This document shows, piece after piece, positions 22,350 through 32,434 of a DNA stretch of 64,000 nt; positions within the stretch are counted from its first letter, which is position 1; every line of letters starts with the position of its first letter. Source of the stretch: Meyerozyma guilliermondii (lineage: Eukaryota). The notes below the pieces were generated by a model. The model was not told where the DNA came from. It saw only the letters and a list, made by a program, of their open reading frames with translations, and did not search any database. The DNA lies in the NCBI GenBank assembly GCA_051546255.1, contig CP128816.1, forward strand, positions 1,550,001 through 1,614,000. The letters are read 5' to 3'. Made by a program: the position numbers and the translations under genes.

Positions 22350-23534
22350 ATGTTTGAACCTCCAGAAGGCATTGAAAAATGCAGGATCTGGGTCGATGGC
22401 TGTTTTGATTTCGCTCACCATGGTACGTACTATTCTGATGTTTAATTGTTTGGTATACTAACCTCAGGACACGCCGGAGCCATGCTTCAAGCTCGACTGC
22501 TCGGAGACAAACTCTACGTTGGAGTTCACACTGACGAAGAAATTCTCCATAATAAGGGACCAGTGGTGATGAAATTGGATGAGAGAGTCGCTGCCGTGAC
22601 CGCTTGTAGGTGGGTAACCCAGGCCGTTCCTGGTGCTCCGTATGTCACTTCACCAGATGTCATGGACCAATACGGTTGTAAATACGTTGTTCATGGCGAC
22701 GATATTACCTCTGATGCTAATGGTGAGGATTGTTACAAGGTGGTGAAAGACTTGGGTCGTTTTGTGGTGGTTAAAAGAACACCTAATATTCTGACCACTG
22801 ACCTCGTGGGCCGCATGTTATTGATGAGCAAAAATCACCACTTTATACCAATTGTATCTGTCGAAAACCACCCGTTGTTCGAAGGAGATAACTTGACAAA
22901 GTACTCACGCTATGCCAGTGACGAGACTGGTAGGAAGCCTGGACCTGGTGTCTACTGTTACTTGACAGATGGAACCGTACGTGAGCTTGTCAAGCCTTCG
23001 TCTGCCACTGAGAAATCGTACAAATCGGCGGTTTACATCGATGGGGGTTTTGATCTCTTTCACTCGGGCCATATCACGGCTTTAAAGATGGTTAAAGAGC
23101 AAGCAGAAAAGGAAAACGCTGCAGTAATCGTTGGTATTCACGACGACCGTGCCACTAATGAGATCAAGGGTCTCAATTATCCCATCATGAACCTCTATGA
23201 ACGTTCTCTTTGCGTGCTTCAGTGTCGTTACGTGGACGGCATCATCTTGGGAGCTCCTTACAGTCCCACGGAGCAGTTTTTGTCAAAGCTTCCAGCAAAG
23301 ATCAATGCTGTTTACCATGGTCCTACTCCCTTAGAAGAAGATCCATACTCAGAAATTGAGCCCAGAGGTTTGCTTCGAACTATTCCAAGCCACAAGTACG
23401 ACCACATGAACGCAGAATACATTGTCAACCGAGTCCTCAGTAACAAGAAAGCGTACGAAGACAGACAAAAGAAAAAGGGTTGGAAAGCCGAAATCGAAGC
23501 TACAATTCTCGCCAAGGAGTCTTATGCCAAGTAA
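22350..23534 (+). CDS. ECT1: Ethanolamine-phosphate cytidylyltransferase, 2 exons: 22350-22422, 22468-23534 (379 aa)
   Basis: Splicing restores WVDGCFDFAHHGHAGA (HxGH); second domain YIDGGFDLFHSGH. Confidence 0.95.
22423..22467 (+). other. 45-nt spliceosomal intron in ECT1
   Basis: GTACGT ... TACTAAC (22456-22462) ... CAG; interrupts the HxGH motif. Confidence 0.92.
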
Positions 23535-23611
23535 GCATAAGAACTTAAATGCCAAATGAGCGTTATTTATTCGTTAGCCATGTACTCGTTACTAGCAGCT
23601 ATATACTACTT

Positions 23612-23896
23612 TTATAATGCCTCTGCGAACAACGAATTGTCCAATTGATCGTTCAACATTCTCAAGTTCATTTCGTGCTGACTATGATTGGAATTACGTC
23701 TTGCAGACTTGCCAAACATGTGTACTGTTTCCCAATCTTTATCGTCTTCAAGTTCATCGCCTGGACGACCCCAATTGTAATTTCCTGCTCCCAGTTTCTT
23801 CACTTTAGTGGGATCAGTGTTCGCGTGTCCATTGTGTGTAAACCACTTGGCGTCACCAGCAGCCTCGTGGACAGTCCATTTTTTTGTTCTACTCAT
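23612..23896 (-). CDS. STF2: Stf2/Tma10-family small hydrophilic protein (94 aa)
   Basis: MSRTKKWTVHE, FTHNG, GAG..NWG.PGDE, RRNSN motifs. Confidence 0.85.
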   Translation of the reverse strand: MSRTKKWTVHEAAGDAKWFTHNGHANTDPTKVKKLGAGNYNWGRPGDELEDDKDWETVHMFGKSARRNSNHSQHEMNLRMLNDQLDNSLFAEAL

Positions 23897-23998
23897 AATT
23901 TCAGTTGGGAATTGACGTTGATTCTCACCGCTTTTATATTGTGGGGAGACCACCAATTGTGGGGAACACGCCTCATGGAATGCGGCGCGGTCAGGTCA

Positions 23999-25384
23999 CT
24001 ATGGAAAAGTGAAGAATACGATAGCATTAGCCGATAATTCTAAGCCGATGAGCCGAAGCGTGTCAACAAATAACCTTCTATCACTTTCGGCCATTTCTGC
24101 TTCTTTTCTAGACCTCACTCCAGTCATTGCCAGAAAAATTATAAAGGGAAAATTTTCGGTGATTGCGCCTTGATCATACCACTCAAGAATTTCCAGAAAC
24201 GAATGGATTCCTGGAACCACGTCTGGAAGTGCCAATGATTTTCTCATTGGTTGACCGACATTGTACCTCTCTGATAGTAGCTTTAATGCTTGCTTCGAGT
24301 CACTGTAGGTCTGTGCATTGTCTCCGAATACTTGCTCGCTTATATTGACCAATTCGGACAGCTTTGACTTTTCTTGATCAATGACAAAAAGTCGGCCATT
24401 TTCAATGTGTTTTTTGACTCTTTCAAGGGGATAGTAATTTCCACTGCAGACATCTAGAATCTCACCACCAAATTGTCCTTTGTACTTCATTTTTTGGCAG
24501 TCATCAATGTAATATCCAAGGTAATAGTAGCCCAAATCGAGCTCCTGGCACATTTGTAGCTCCCGTAAGCCAGATAATGTGCCTAATGATAGGTGAGCAT
24601 AATCTGGGTCCCAAATAAAATAAACCGAGGAAACACCTGTAGGAAGAAAGTCCACCACAGAGATTGCAATCAACTTGTTGTCCAAGTAGTAGCACTCGTG
24701 AGTGGGACCCACGCGGCGATCTGTCATTGTGGATATCTCGGGCCATTGCTGAACCCAAGAATTGAGTGCTTTAAAATGCTGCTTAGTTCCTTCAACTTCT
24801 CTCTGCGGAAATGGGGTGTCACAAAGAAACCGTTTAAAGCTAGCTTGTGAAACGTCACTTTCCTTGTCATTATGCACTGCCATTTGGTACTTTTTGTACA
24901 ATTGGTACTTTTCGTTCGTAAATGCTGCTGGTTCAAAATGGGTATGGAACCTTGAAGATGCCTTTTCGGCTTCAATGAGAGATTTCAACGAAAACTTTTT
25001 ATTTGATTTGCCCTCCCCTTTCGGTTCCTCGCCAAGTTCGTCACTGATAGCTCTCACAAATCGATTCACTACCTGCCGATGCAGCTTTGCAACCTTCATC
25101 TGCTCCAAATTGGTTCGTATAGTATACAAGCGACAGCAGTTTCTGAGCAAATCTGGTTTATAAAGAAAGGTCCCCGATCGTCTGAAGCCCTTGTTCATCA
25201 ATATATCATATTGTTGGCACGTCATTTGCTCTACAGACATTCCAATGGTGACGGAAGATGCAGGTTTATTCTTTTTCAGCCAACTTTCAAGGGCCCAATG
25301 GTCCTGTTTACTTCCCTTACAGTACCCACAATGGCGGTCCTCCATGTACATGGGCGCCAGCAAAATCAAAATATCATCATTCAT
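23999..25384 (-). CDS. ATE1: Arginyl-tRNA--protein transferase
   Basis: HCGYC, GFRRSG.FLYK, LYKKYQ..VH.D, SSVYFIWDP, YYYLGYYI.DC.KM.YK; ATG 25384. Confidence 0.93.
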   Translation of the reverse strand: MNDDILILLAPMYMEDRHCGYCKGSKQDHWALESWLKKNKPASSVTIGMSVEQMTCQQYDILMNKGFRRSGTFLYKPDLLRNCCRLYTIRTNLEQMKVAKLHRQVVNRFVRAISDELGEEPKGEGKSNKKFSLKSLIEAEKASSRFHTHFEPAAFTNEKYQLYKKYQMAVHNDKESDVSQASFKRFLCDTPFPQREVEGTKQHFKALNSWVQQWPEISTMTDRRVGPTHECYYLDNKLIAISVVDFLPTGVSSVYFIWDPDYAHLSLGTLSGLRELQMCQELDLGYYYLGYYIDDCQKMKYKGQFGGEILDVCSGNYYPLERVKKHIENGRLFVIDQEKSKLSELVNISEQVFGDNAQTYSDSKQALKLLSERYNVGQPMRKSLALPDVVPGIHSFLEILEWYDQGAITENFPFIIFLAMTGVRSRKEAEMAESDRRLFVDTLRLIGLELSANAIVFFTFP

Positions 25385-25587
25385 CAAATACCTGAGGTAG
25401 ACGTAGTCATAGTTCGTGCTGCAAACTGACAATTGTATTGGTGTACTGGTGTATATATTCATAATGATTTGCGACAGATTTATTATAGTAAGTTGCCATT
25501 TAAACGGCAACAACCATAATCAATAATCGTCGTCATATCTGTAACTTTATTCCAGCATCATTGCATCTGTACATATAGTGATCATCC

Positions 25588-26730
25588 ATGAGCAGTCCGC
25601 AGCGCGTCAAGAAAGAAAATGGTAATTTTAAGTTAAAAAAAGACGAGTCCAATTCTCCTGGTGGCCAGGATCACGGATTGTTGTCGGATCCCGAGAGCTA
25701 TTTGGAAGAAAATGAGTCGCTTGACATGAACCTTACTAGTGGTAATAAAAAAATATGGTTGGTGAAGCTTCCTAGGTACTTGGCATCGAAATGGTCAGAT
25801 ATCAATGCTCTCAGTGGCAAGGAATTGGCCAAGATTAAGATTAGACAAGGATCACCTGCTAATGGGGGCAAACTTCAAGTCAAGTTGGTCTTGCTGGATC
25901 AATCTGACGATTCTATTCCGCACGAATACGACGTTCCTATGCTCAATACTCAGGTGAAAAATTCGTACGTTTTCAGTGAAGAGAACTTGAGCAAATTTAA
26001 AGATAATAATGGAATAACCGAGGTTTTGAACATGCCCGATTTGCCCAAATTGCAACCTCTTAAGGAAGAATTGCAGTTTAAACAAGATATGGAGCTGGCT
26101 CTGGCCCCACGAGGACACTCGCTGTATTCCAATTCCACTACTGGGAACGATGCTGGTGAGAAATTTGTGCCAATTGTCAAGACCATCCCTAAGAAGACGA
26201 AACTTTCCGGTAAAATCTGCCACGATTGTCAAATTGTACCATCTAAAAACGACCGTCAGTACTCAAAGTTCCTCAATAGAAGGCAGAACATTCAGGTAGC
26301 GAAGCCTAGACCCCGTGTAACTCTTTTGAACGAAATCCCAGGTGTTCTTCAGTCGAACGCTGGTCCCTCGGTTCGTGGAGGCAATGCTTCGGTATTCTTA
26401 AAGACTACCACTGTACCTAGAAGCAAGATTGAAGGCAGAGCGGTGCGTATGCCTAGAAAGGATCTCTTGGATCTCTTGTTCCGGTTATTTGAGGAGTACG
26501 AATACTGGTCTATGAAAGGATTGAAAGAGAGAACGAGGCAGCCCGAGTCTTTTCTCAAGGAATGTCTTGATTCCATCGCGATCTTGATTAAGAAGGGGCC
26601 GTACACCTCCAAGTATAGTTTACGGCCTGAGTACAAGAAGTTGAGTGAAGCCGAAAGAGCAGCCGGTTTGAATGAGAACGATGGAAAAGACGAAGATGAA
26701 GATGATTTAGAGATGGAGGATGTGGTTTAA
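25588..26730 (+). CDS. TFG2: TFIIF beta (middle) subunit
   Basis: IWLVKLP.YL, KTIPKKT, RMPRKDLLDLLFRLF..YEYW, QPESFLKE winged helix. Confidence 0.95.
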   Translation: MSSPQRVKKENGNFKLKKDESNSPGGQDHGLLSDPESYLEENESLDMNLTSGNKKIWLVKLPRYLASKWSDINALSGKELAKIKIRQGSPANGGKLQVKLVLLDQSDDSIPHEYDVPMLNTQVKNSYVFSEENLSKFKDNNGITEVLNMPDLPKLQPLKEELQFKQDMELALAPRGHSLYSNSTTGNDAGEKFVPIVKTIPKKTKLSGKICHDCQIVPSKNDRQYSKFLNRRQNIQVAKPRPRVTLLNEIPGVLQSNAGPSVRGGNASVFLKTTTVPRSKIEGRAVRMPRKDLLDLLFRLFEEYEYWSMKGLKERTRQPESFLKECLDSIAILIKKGPYTSKYSLRPEYKKLSEAERAAGLNENDGKDEDEDDLEMEDVV

Positions 26731-26807
26731 CCTCTACACCTAGAAAATTTTCAAAATATGAAATATTATTATAGAACCTTACTCAATACATGACATACCA
26801 AACTCCC

Positions 26808-27044
26808 TTACAAGTTCTTGATCTCCAAGGTAGGAGGCAAGGATTGTTGCAACTTCTTAGCCTTGGCAGCGTCGTTGACAATCAAGGTGTATTGGTATCT
26901 GGAACCTCTAACCTTGAACTTGGTTTGTCTGAATTTCTTGCCGTTAGCATTGAGCTTCTTGTTAACCTTGACGGTAGCAGACTTGATGTCAGCTCTTCTG
27001 GCCAATTCGACGAATTCCTTGATGTCCTTGATTTCACGAGCCAT
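26808..27044 (-). CDS. RPL38: 60S ribosomal protein L38 (78 aa), intronless
   Basis: MAREIKDIKEF...TKFKVRGSRYQYTL...KLQQSLPP. Confidence 0.97.
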   Translation of the reverse strand: MAREIKDIKEFVELARRADIKSATVKVNKKLNANGKKFRQTKFKVRGSRYQYTLIVNDAAKAKKLQQSLPPTLEIKNL

Positions 27045-27136
27045 GGTAGATACTTTGGTGATAATGGAGGGTGCGGTTTTCACCATGAAAATTTCTACGA
27101 GGCGCGGGGTTGGTGCCCTGGCTCGGTGCGTGTGAT

Positions 27137-27889
27137 TTATGTCACGTGCCTCTCTTTTCTAGTAATTAACCGTTTAACGGCAGTAATCCACCTTCTGGTG
27201 GTATCATCGATCATCACATTAGCATGCTTGATGGTGGTGGTCTCCCTGATACCCACACCAACAATTCCAATTGGCCACACAACATTTCCAAGACTCATTT
27301 TCATATATGAATCGTTCGCATGGAACATATCGTTAATTTGGAGATAGTAGAGGGTAGTGGCCAATGATGTGAGTAAGTCTTTGTGTATGGTTCCAGTGCG
27401 TAGCTTGTAAAGTAATGGAACCATATCTCGTTTGGTTTCAATTAGGAGTTGTGCGCTTGGCTGCGAATCTGGTACCAGTTGCACTTCGTCATCCCAAGCG
27501 TATAACATGCTTTTTATGTACTTGCGGCACTGAGTGGCTATCTTATCTTGAAGATTTCCATCTGCTATTTCCTGTTTGTCGAATAGACTTGGTGTAGCTT
27601 CTTCTTTGGTCTGCTGCTGATTATATTGGTGTTGCGTGAGTTCATGCTTACGGTCAAAATCGGGACTTTTTTGGTCACTTGGCTCAATTTTGTCATTAAC
27701 GTGTCCTTTGTCGTCTGTTCCTTCTTCTTTCTCTTCTCGCTCCCTGTTCTCCTCCCCCCTTTCTTTGTCCAACTGCTCGTCCTGTACGCCTGTCTTCACA
27801 TGCTTCAGGTGCCTTTTGCGGGAGGATGAGTGTTGAGCAGCTTTTCGCTTGTGGCGGATTTCCTGAGCTAGTAGGTTTGAGAAATCCAT
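27137..27889 (-). CDS. PRP18: Pre-mRNA splicing factor Prp18 (250 aa)
   Basis: MDFSNLL, ETKRDM.PLLYKLR, ANDSYMKMSLGNVVWPIG, ANVMIDDTTR.WIT.VKRL. Confidence 0.9.
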   Translation of the reverse strand: MDFSNLLAQEIRHKRKAAQHSSSRKRHLKHVKTGVQDEQLDKERGEENREREEKEEGTDDKGHVNDKIEPSDQKSPDFDRKHELTQHQYNQQQTKEEATPSLFDKQEIADGNLQDKIATQCRKYIKSMLYAWDDEVQLVPDSQPSAQLLIETKRDMVPLLYKLRTGTIHKDLLTSLATTLYYLQINDMFHANDSYMKMSLGNVVWPIGIVGVGIRETTTIKHANVMIDDTTRRWITAVKRLITRKERHVT

Positions 27890-28172
27890 TACTCTAGCAC
27901 CAACTGCAACGTTTAGTCGCACGTAACTGACTATTTTGCTGTTGTGTGGGTGTTCGCGATAAGCTAACGACCCAAAAATTTGAAGCAACTGAGAAGCAAA
28001 TCAGGATTGGCAATTTACACCATTTGAATTTTTAGGCATTTTTGTGACCACACCACCCATTGACACCATCCAAACAGTTGTTCTACTCATCTTCAATTGG
28101 TAATTAGCGTCTTTCAACGGTTTATTCGTTTGCATCCTCCATTTTAATCATTCTAGTTGCCGTCCTTTTGTC

Positions 28173-29531
28173 ATGTCGGAACGAAGATCCTCCGATGGTA
28201 AGACAGAAGTGCGAGCCAGATTTACTGCTGAACCGGGGGCTCCCACGGGGAAACCCCAGGCATCTCCACTCTTGTCGTCAACTCCACCAACAGTTGCAAA
28301 GTCGTTGGTGAAATCATACCCGTACCTTTTGATCGTCAACAAAGCGTTGTCGATATTCACATGGACCAACGATGATTATTGGGTCAATTTGATCATAGTG
28401 TGCATGTACTCGCTCTTGGTGGTGTACTTTGAAAACATTATTACGTGGAGTGGGCATCTTGTTGTGGTGGCCATCTTGGCACTCTATGCTCTTTTGAACC
28501 ACAAAATCACTCAGGAGACCAACCTGAAACCAACGTTGGACGACGTAGTACAGGCCCTTACCACCACCTGTATCAAGGCAGATATGTTGTTGGATCCAAT
28601 TACATCGTTGGCGTTGTCGGCTCACGATATTAAACGGCTACTTTTCACCACCGTTTTCCTCACTCCACTCTACCTTATCGTTACACTTGTGGTGATTCCT
28701 CCCCGGACAATTTTGCTTGTGGTTGGGGTGTATTTATTGACATATCACTCTGTCTACATGAGAGTAACTCGTCGGATCATTTGGAAGCTCAAAATTGCTC
28801 GTCTCATTTGTTTCTACTTGACCGGCCTTGACTTCCAGAACCGTAACCACATTTTTGCAGCCGCTTTCGCCAAGGTGCAAAAGGGCAACACTAATAACGG
28901 CTTGGGTGATCCTAATAAGCCGGTACGGTTTGCCTATGTCGTTTACGAAAATCAGCGACGGTGGTTGGGTATAGGCTGGACCGCCAACCTTCTTTCATAC
29001 GAAAGAGCACCTTGGACCGATGAATTCCTCAACGAGAGCCCTTCGGTAGATAAGTTTGAACTCCCAAGCCCAGACAATGACTACTCTTCTGGCTCTTCAG
29101 CAATGCCTATGGCTTCGGGTGCAACATGGAGATGGGTCGATAAGTCCTGGCGCCTCGACCTTACCAACGATGGTGCTATCACTTTAAACAAAAGATCAAA
29201 GACCACTGCTGATCCTGGCCCTGATGAAGGGTTCATTTACTATGACAATGTATGGAAAAAGCCATCTACAGAGGACTCGTACTCCAAGTATACTAGAAGA
29301 AGACGGTGGGTACGCACAGCCGAATTGACTTTTGCCAAAGCTGGAACTACAGAAAAGGAATCAGAGAAGTCAATTGATATTCCTCTTGAATCTTCTGACC
29401 AAAAATCAGGTAAAAAACTTCGGTTTGCCGAATCTGATGTCAGTATCACCAGTGAAGTCGACGACGATGCCATCCACGCCTCTCTCGAAGACGAAAAGTC
29501 TCCACTCGTCCAGGATAAGAAGAACGACTAG
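28173..29531 (+). CDS. PEX30: Peroxin Pex30/Pex31 family (reticulon-like + dysferlin domain)
   Basis: YENQRRWLGIGW, WRWVDKSW.LD, YTRRRRWVR. Confidence 0.88.
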   Translation: MSERRSSDGKTEVRARFTAEPGAPTGKPQASPLLSSTPPTVAKSLVKSYPYLLIVNKALSIFTWTNDDYWVNLIIVCMYSLLVVYFENIITWSGHLVVVAILALYALLNHKITQETNLKPTLDDVVQALTTTCIKADMLLDPITSLALSAHDIKRLLFTTVFLTPLYLIVTLVVIPPRTILLVVGVYLLTYHSVYMRVTRRIIWKLKIARLICFYLTGLDFQNRNHIFAAAFAKVQKGNTNNGLGDPNKPVRFAYVVYENQRRWLGIGWTANLLSYERAPWTDEFLNESPSVDKFELPSPDNDYSSGSSAMPMASGATWRWVDKSWRLDLTNDGAITLNKRSKTTADPGPDEGFIYYDNVWKKPSTEDSYSKYTRRRRWVRTAELTFAKAGTTEKESEKSIDIPLESSDQKSGKKLRFAESDVSITSEVDDDAIHASLEDEKSPLVQDKKND

Positions 29532-29783
29532 ATGCCTAGTATTAGAGTTGCTTACGTACTGCTATCAACCTTATCATTGGTCCTCGATGTTCGCAATTTC
29601 AGTTGCGATCTCCAATCCTGTAGGAATCCTGTAGGCTCAACATTTGCGTAGCTGTGGTTTTCTAGTGAATTTCTAATTTGCTCTTATCGGCCCCTGCGCA
29701 ACCTTAGTGCCATGCGCCTATGGTGCCATGGTGCCTAATCACCTTCAACCGGCACACCGGTTCCTGCAGCCGCTATCGCAGTC

Positions 29784-29797
29784 TCGGCGATCGCCGA
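29784..29797. promoter_or_regulatory. TCGG-N6-CCGA palindrome (Ppr1/UaY-type Zn2Cys6 site)
   Basis: TCGGCGATCGCCGA ends 76 bp upstream of the uricase ATG, near GATAAG sites and TATAAAA (29830). Confidence 0.7.
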
Positions 29798-29872
29798 TAC
29801 ACCTGCAGGAACGTACCAGGCGATAAGGGTATAAAAAGATAACATACTCCCATCGAGTAATCAAGATTTACA

Positions 29873-30778
29873 ATGTCTTTGGTCGCATCTTCATACGGAA
29901 AGGGAAACGTCAAGTTCTTAAAAGTCAAGAAAAATCCTAGCAATCCAAAAGAACAAGATATTCTTCAAGCAAATGTTCAGGTGTTATTAAGAGGAAATTT
30001 TGATATTTCATATACCAAAGCAGACAACTCACCAATTGTTCCAACTGATACCGTTAAGAATACTGTGTTGGTAGAGGCCAAGACCACCGATGTTTGGCCC
30101 ATTGAGAGATTTGCGGCTCATTTAGCTAAGCATTTCATCAACAAGTACTCTCATGTTTCCGGAATCGAAATCACTATTCAGCAAGCTAGATGGACTCGTT
30201 TTGATGTCAATGGTAAGCCACATGCCCATTCTTTCCGCCACGATGGCCCAGAAACCAGAAACACTTATTTGAACTATGACAGATCGGGAAAGTTGGTGCT
30301 TGAATCGTCTATCAAGGACTTGACCGTGCTCAAATCGACTGGTTCTATGTTCTACGGTTACAACGTGTGTGACTACACCACCTTGAAGCCCACCAAGGAC
30401 AGAATATTATCCACTTCCGTGGCTTCAACCTGGACTTTCGATCCTAAGAAAGTGTCTACTTTGGATGATGTTTTCAAGGCTGCTGACAAGGGCCTCTTCG
30501 ACAACACCTACGACGCTGCTAGAAACACCACTCTTGAATTGTTCGCCTTGGAAAACTCTCCTTCAGTCCAAGCAACCATGTACAATATGTCCACCAAGAT
30601 CCTCAAGTTGGTTCCTGAAGTGTCCAAGGTGGACTACGTTCTTCCTAACATCCATTTTGTTTTGTTCGACTTGAAGTGGAAGGGAATTGAGAGCAATGAC
30701 GAGTTATTCTACCCATCTTCTGACCCCAACGGTTTGATCAAGTCCACTGTTGCCAGAGACGCCAACGCCAAGTTATAA
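29873..30778 (+). CDS. Urate oxidase (uricase), peroxisomal (AKL)
   Basis: YGKGNV, IVPTDTVKNT, LTVLKSTGS.F, SPSVQATMY, PNIH; C-terminal AKL. Confidence 0.97.
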   Translation: MSLVASSYGKGNVKFLKVKKNPSNPKEQDILQANVQVLLRGNFDISYTKADNSPIVPTDTVKNTVLVEAKTTDVWPIERFAAHLAKHFINKYSHVSGIEITIQQARWTRFDVNGKPHAHSFRHDGPETRNTYLNYDRSGKLVLESSIKDLTVLKSTGSMFYGYNVCDYTTLKPTKDRILSTSVASTWTFDPKKVSTLDDVFKAADKGLFDNTYDAARNTTLELFALENSPSVQATMYNMSTKILKLVPEVSKVDYVLPNIHFVLFDLKWKGIESNDELFYPSSDPNGLIKSTVARDANAKL

Positions 30779-30845
30779 GTATAGTAATGTAAGAATTGAG
30801 ATATGAATTTGAAGAGTCTGTAGTCACTCAATCTGTTTTAATGAC

Positions 30846-30940
30846 ATTTAGCTATGTTCCATTATTCGATTTAGCTATGTTCCATATACTTTGTGATTTT
30901 AGCTGTATGTCATTACTCGATTTCAGCGATGCTCATCGCG
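30846..30940. repeat. Degenerate ~23-27 bp tandem repeat (about 4 units)
   Basis: ATTTAGCTATGTTCCAT exact at 30846 and 30869; diverged units at 30896 and 30920. Confidence 0.75.
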
Positions 30941-30955
30941 AACTTTTCAACTATC

Positions 30956-32272
30956 ATGAATGAACGAGGACGGATCTTGACTGCGATAGGGGTGACCGCG
31001 GCCACCACTGCTGTAATTATCGAGGCATTTCGTTACCTTTATAACTCCAGTCGTTCAAATATCACAAAAGTGGAGCCAAAAAAGACCATTTCAAGGAGCA
31101 CTTACGACGAAGAACTTATTTTGGAACAACTAGCAAGAAACTATGCATTTTTGTCTCCTGAGGGTATGAGCAAGGTACGAGAGCAGCGTATAGTGGTTGT
31201 TGGTGCTGGAGGAGTCGGCTCATGGGTTGCTACTATGTTAGCTCGTTCGGGTGTGGGAGCGTTGAGAGTCGTAGACTTCGACCAAGTGTCCCTCAGTTCC
31301 TTGAACAGACATGCAGTTGCTACCATCTCCGATGTAGGAACTCCAAAGGTGGAGTGTCTCAAAACCCATTTGAAACAAATTGCCCCTTGGATTCATGTTG
31401 AAGGAATAAATCAGTTATGGAATTTAAAGTCAGCTGAAGAATTGATTTTCGGTGGAGATTTCCGGCCAACATATGTTGTCGACTGCATTGATAACATTGA
31501 TACCAAGGTAGATTTGTTGGCATTCTGCCACGAAAAAGGACTCAAAGTGATCTCATCGGGTGGAGCTGCTTGCAAGTCAGACCCATCTCGCATTAATATC
31601 TCTGATATTTCAAAAACTGAAGAGGACCCATTGTCACGATCTGTGAGAGTACGACTCAAGAAGAGAGGAATCATCTCCGATATACCAGTGGTTTTCTCTG
31701 CGGAAAAACCCGACCCTAGGAAAGCACAGCTCCTTCCATTATCCGAGTCTGAAATTGAAAAGGGAGATGTCGATCAACTTTCAGCAATTCAGAACTTTCG
31801 AGTTCGGATTCTTCCCGTGTTGGGAACCATGCCGGGAATGTTCGGATTAACTCTCGCAACATACATCATCACGTCCGTCGCTGGCTATCCAATAGAACCA
31901 ATTGAGGGAAAGAACCGCTACAAGATATATGATAGTCTTCTTCAAAGTTTGGCCGGCCAGCAGTCTCGTATAGGAGAGCCAGATCAAAGGGTTCCCATAG
32001 CATTAAGTGATGTAAGTTACATCTTGGAGGAGGTGTTCCATGGAAAGTCTCCAGTTTCGTTGTACTCCACCAAATTGACTCTTTCTCGATGGGATCCAAA
32101 AAAGCCGATTTCGTTTCAAAATGTTGTTGTTTTGACCAAGGAAGAGCAACGGTACCATGAAGATCATGTGTTGAAGGGTGGAGAAAAAGTTGAAGAATGC
32201 TACGACCTGGAAGTAATAGAGCGGGTTGAAAAGCGGTTCGAGGAAGAAAGATATTATAGCCAATACAGATAG
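30956..32272 (+). CDS. TCD2: tRNA threonylcarbamoyladenosine dehydratase (Tcd1/Tcd2, ThiF family)
   Basis: N-terminal TM, EQLARNYAF, VGAGGVGSW, SSLNRH, DCIDN, RVRILPVLG. TCD1 versus TCD2 cannot be distinguished. Confidence 0.85.
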   Translation: MNERGRILTAIGVTAATTAVIIEAFRYLYNSSRSNITKVEPKKTISRSTYDEELILEQLARNYAFLSPEGMSKVREQRIVVVGAGGVGSWVATMLARSGVGALRVVDFDQVSLSSLNRHAVATISDVGTPKVECLKTHLKQIAPWIHVEGINQLWNLKSAEELIFGGDFRPTYVVDCIDNIDTKVDLLAFCHEKGLKVISSGGAACKSDPSRINISDISKTEEDPLSRSVRVRLKKRGIISDIPVVFSAEKPDPRKAQLLPLSESEIEKGDVDQLSAIQNFRVRILPVLGTMPGMFGLTLATYIITSVAGYPIEPIEGKNRYKIYDSLLQSLAGQQSRIGEPDQRVPIALSDVSYILEEVFHGKSPVSLYSTKLTLSRWDPKKPISFQNVVVLTKEEQRYHEDHVLKGGEKVEECYDLEVIERVEKRFEEERYYSQYR

Positions 32273-32434
32273 CATAGAATGTACCGATATGCACTTCCAC
32301 AAGCACATCATTTGACTCTAATGCTCTGTTCGCCTACCCGTTCGCCTACCTATTCATTTCCTCAATTTCGCAACCATCGGCCTGCATCCGCATACCGAAT
32401 TCAAATATTCATTGCCACTTGACGCAAACGAACC

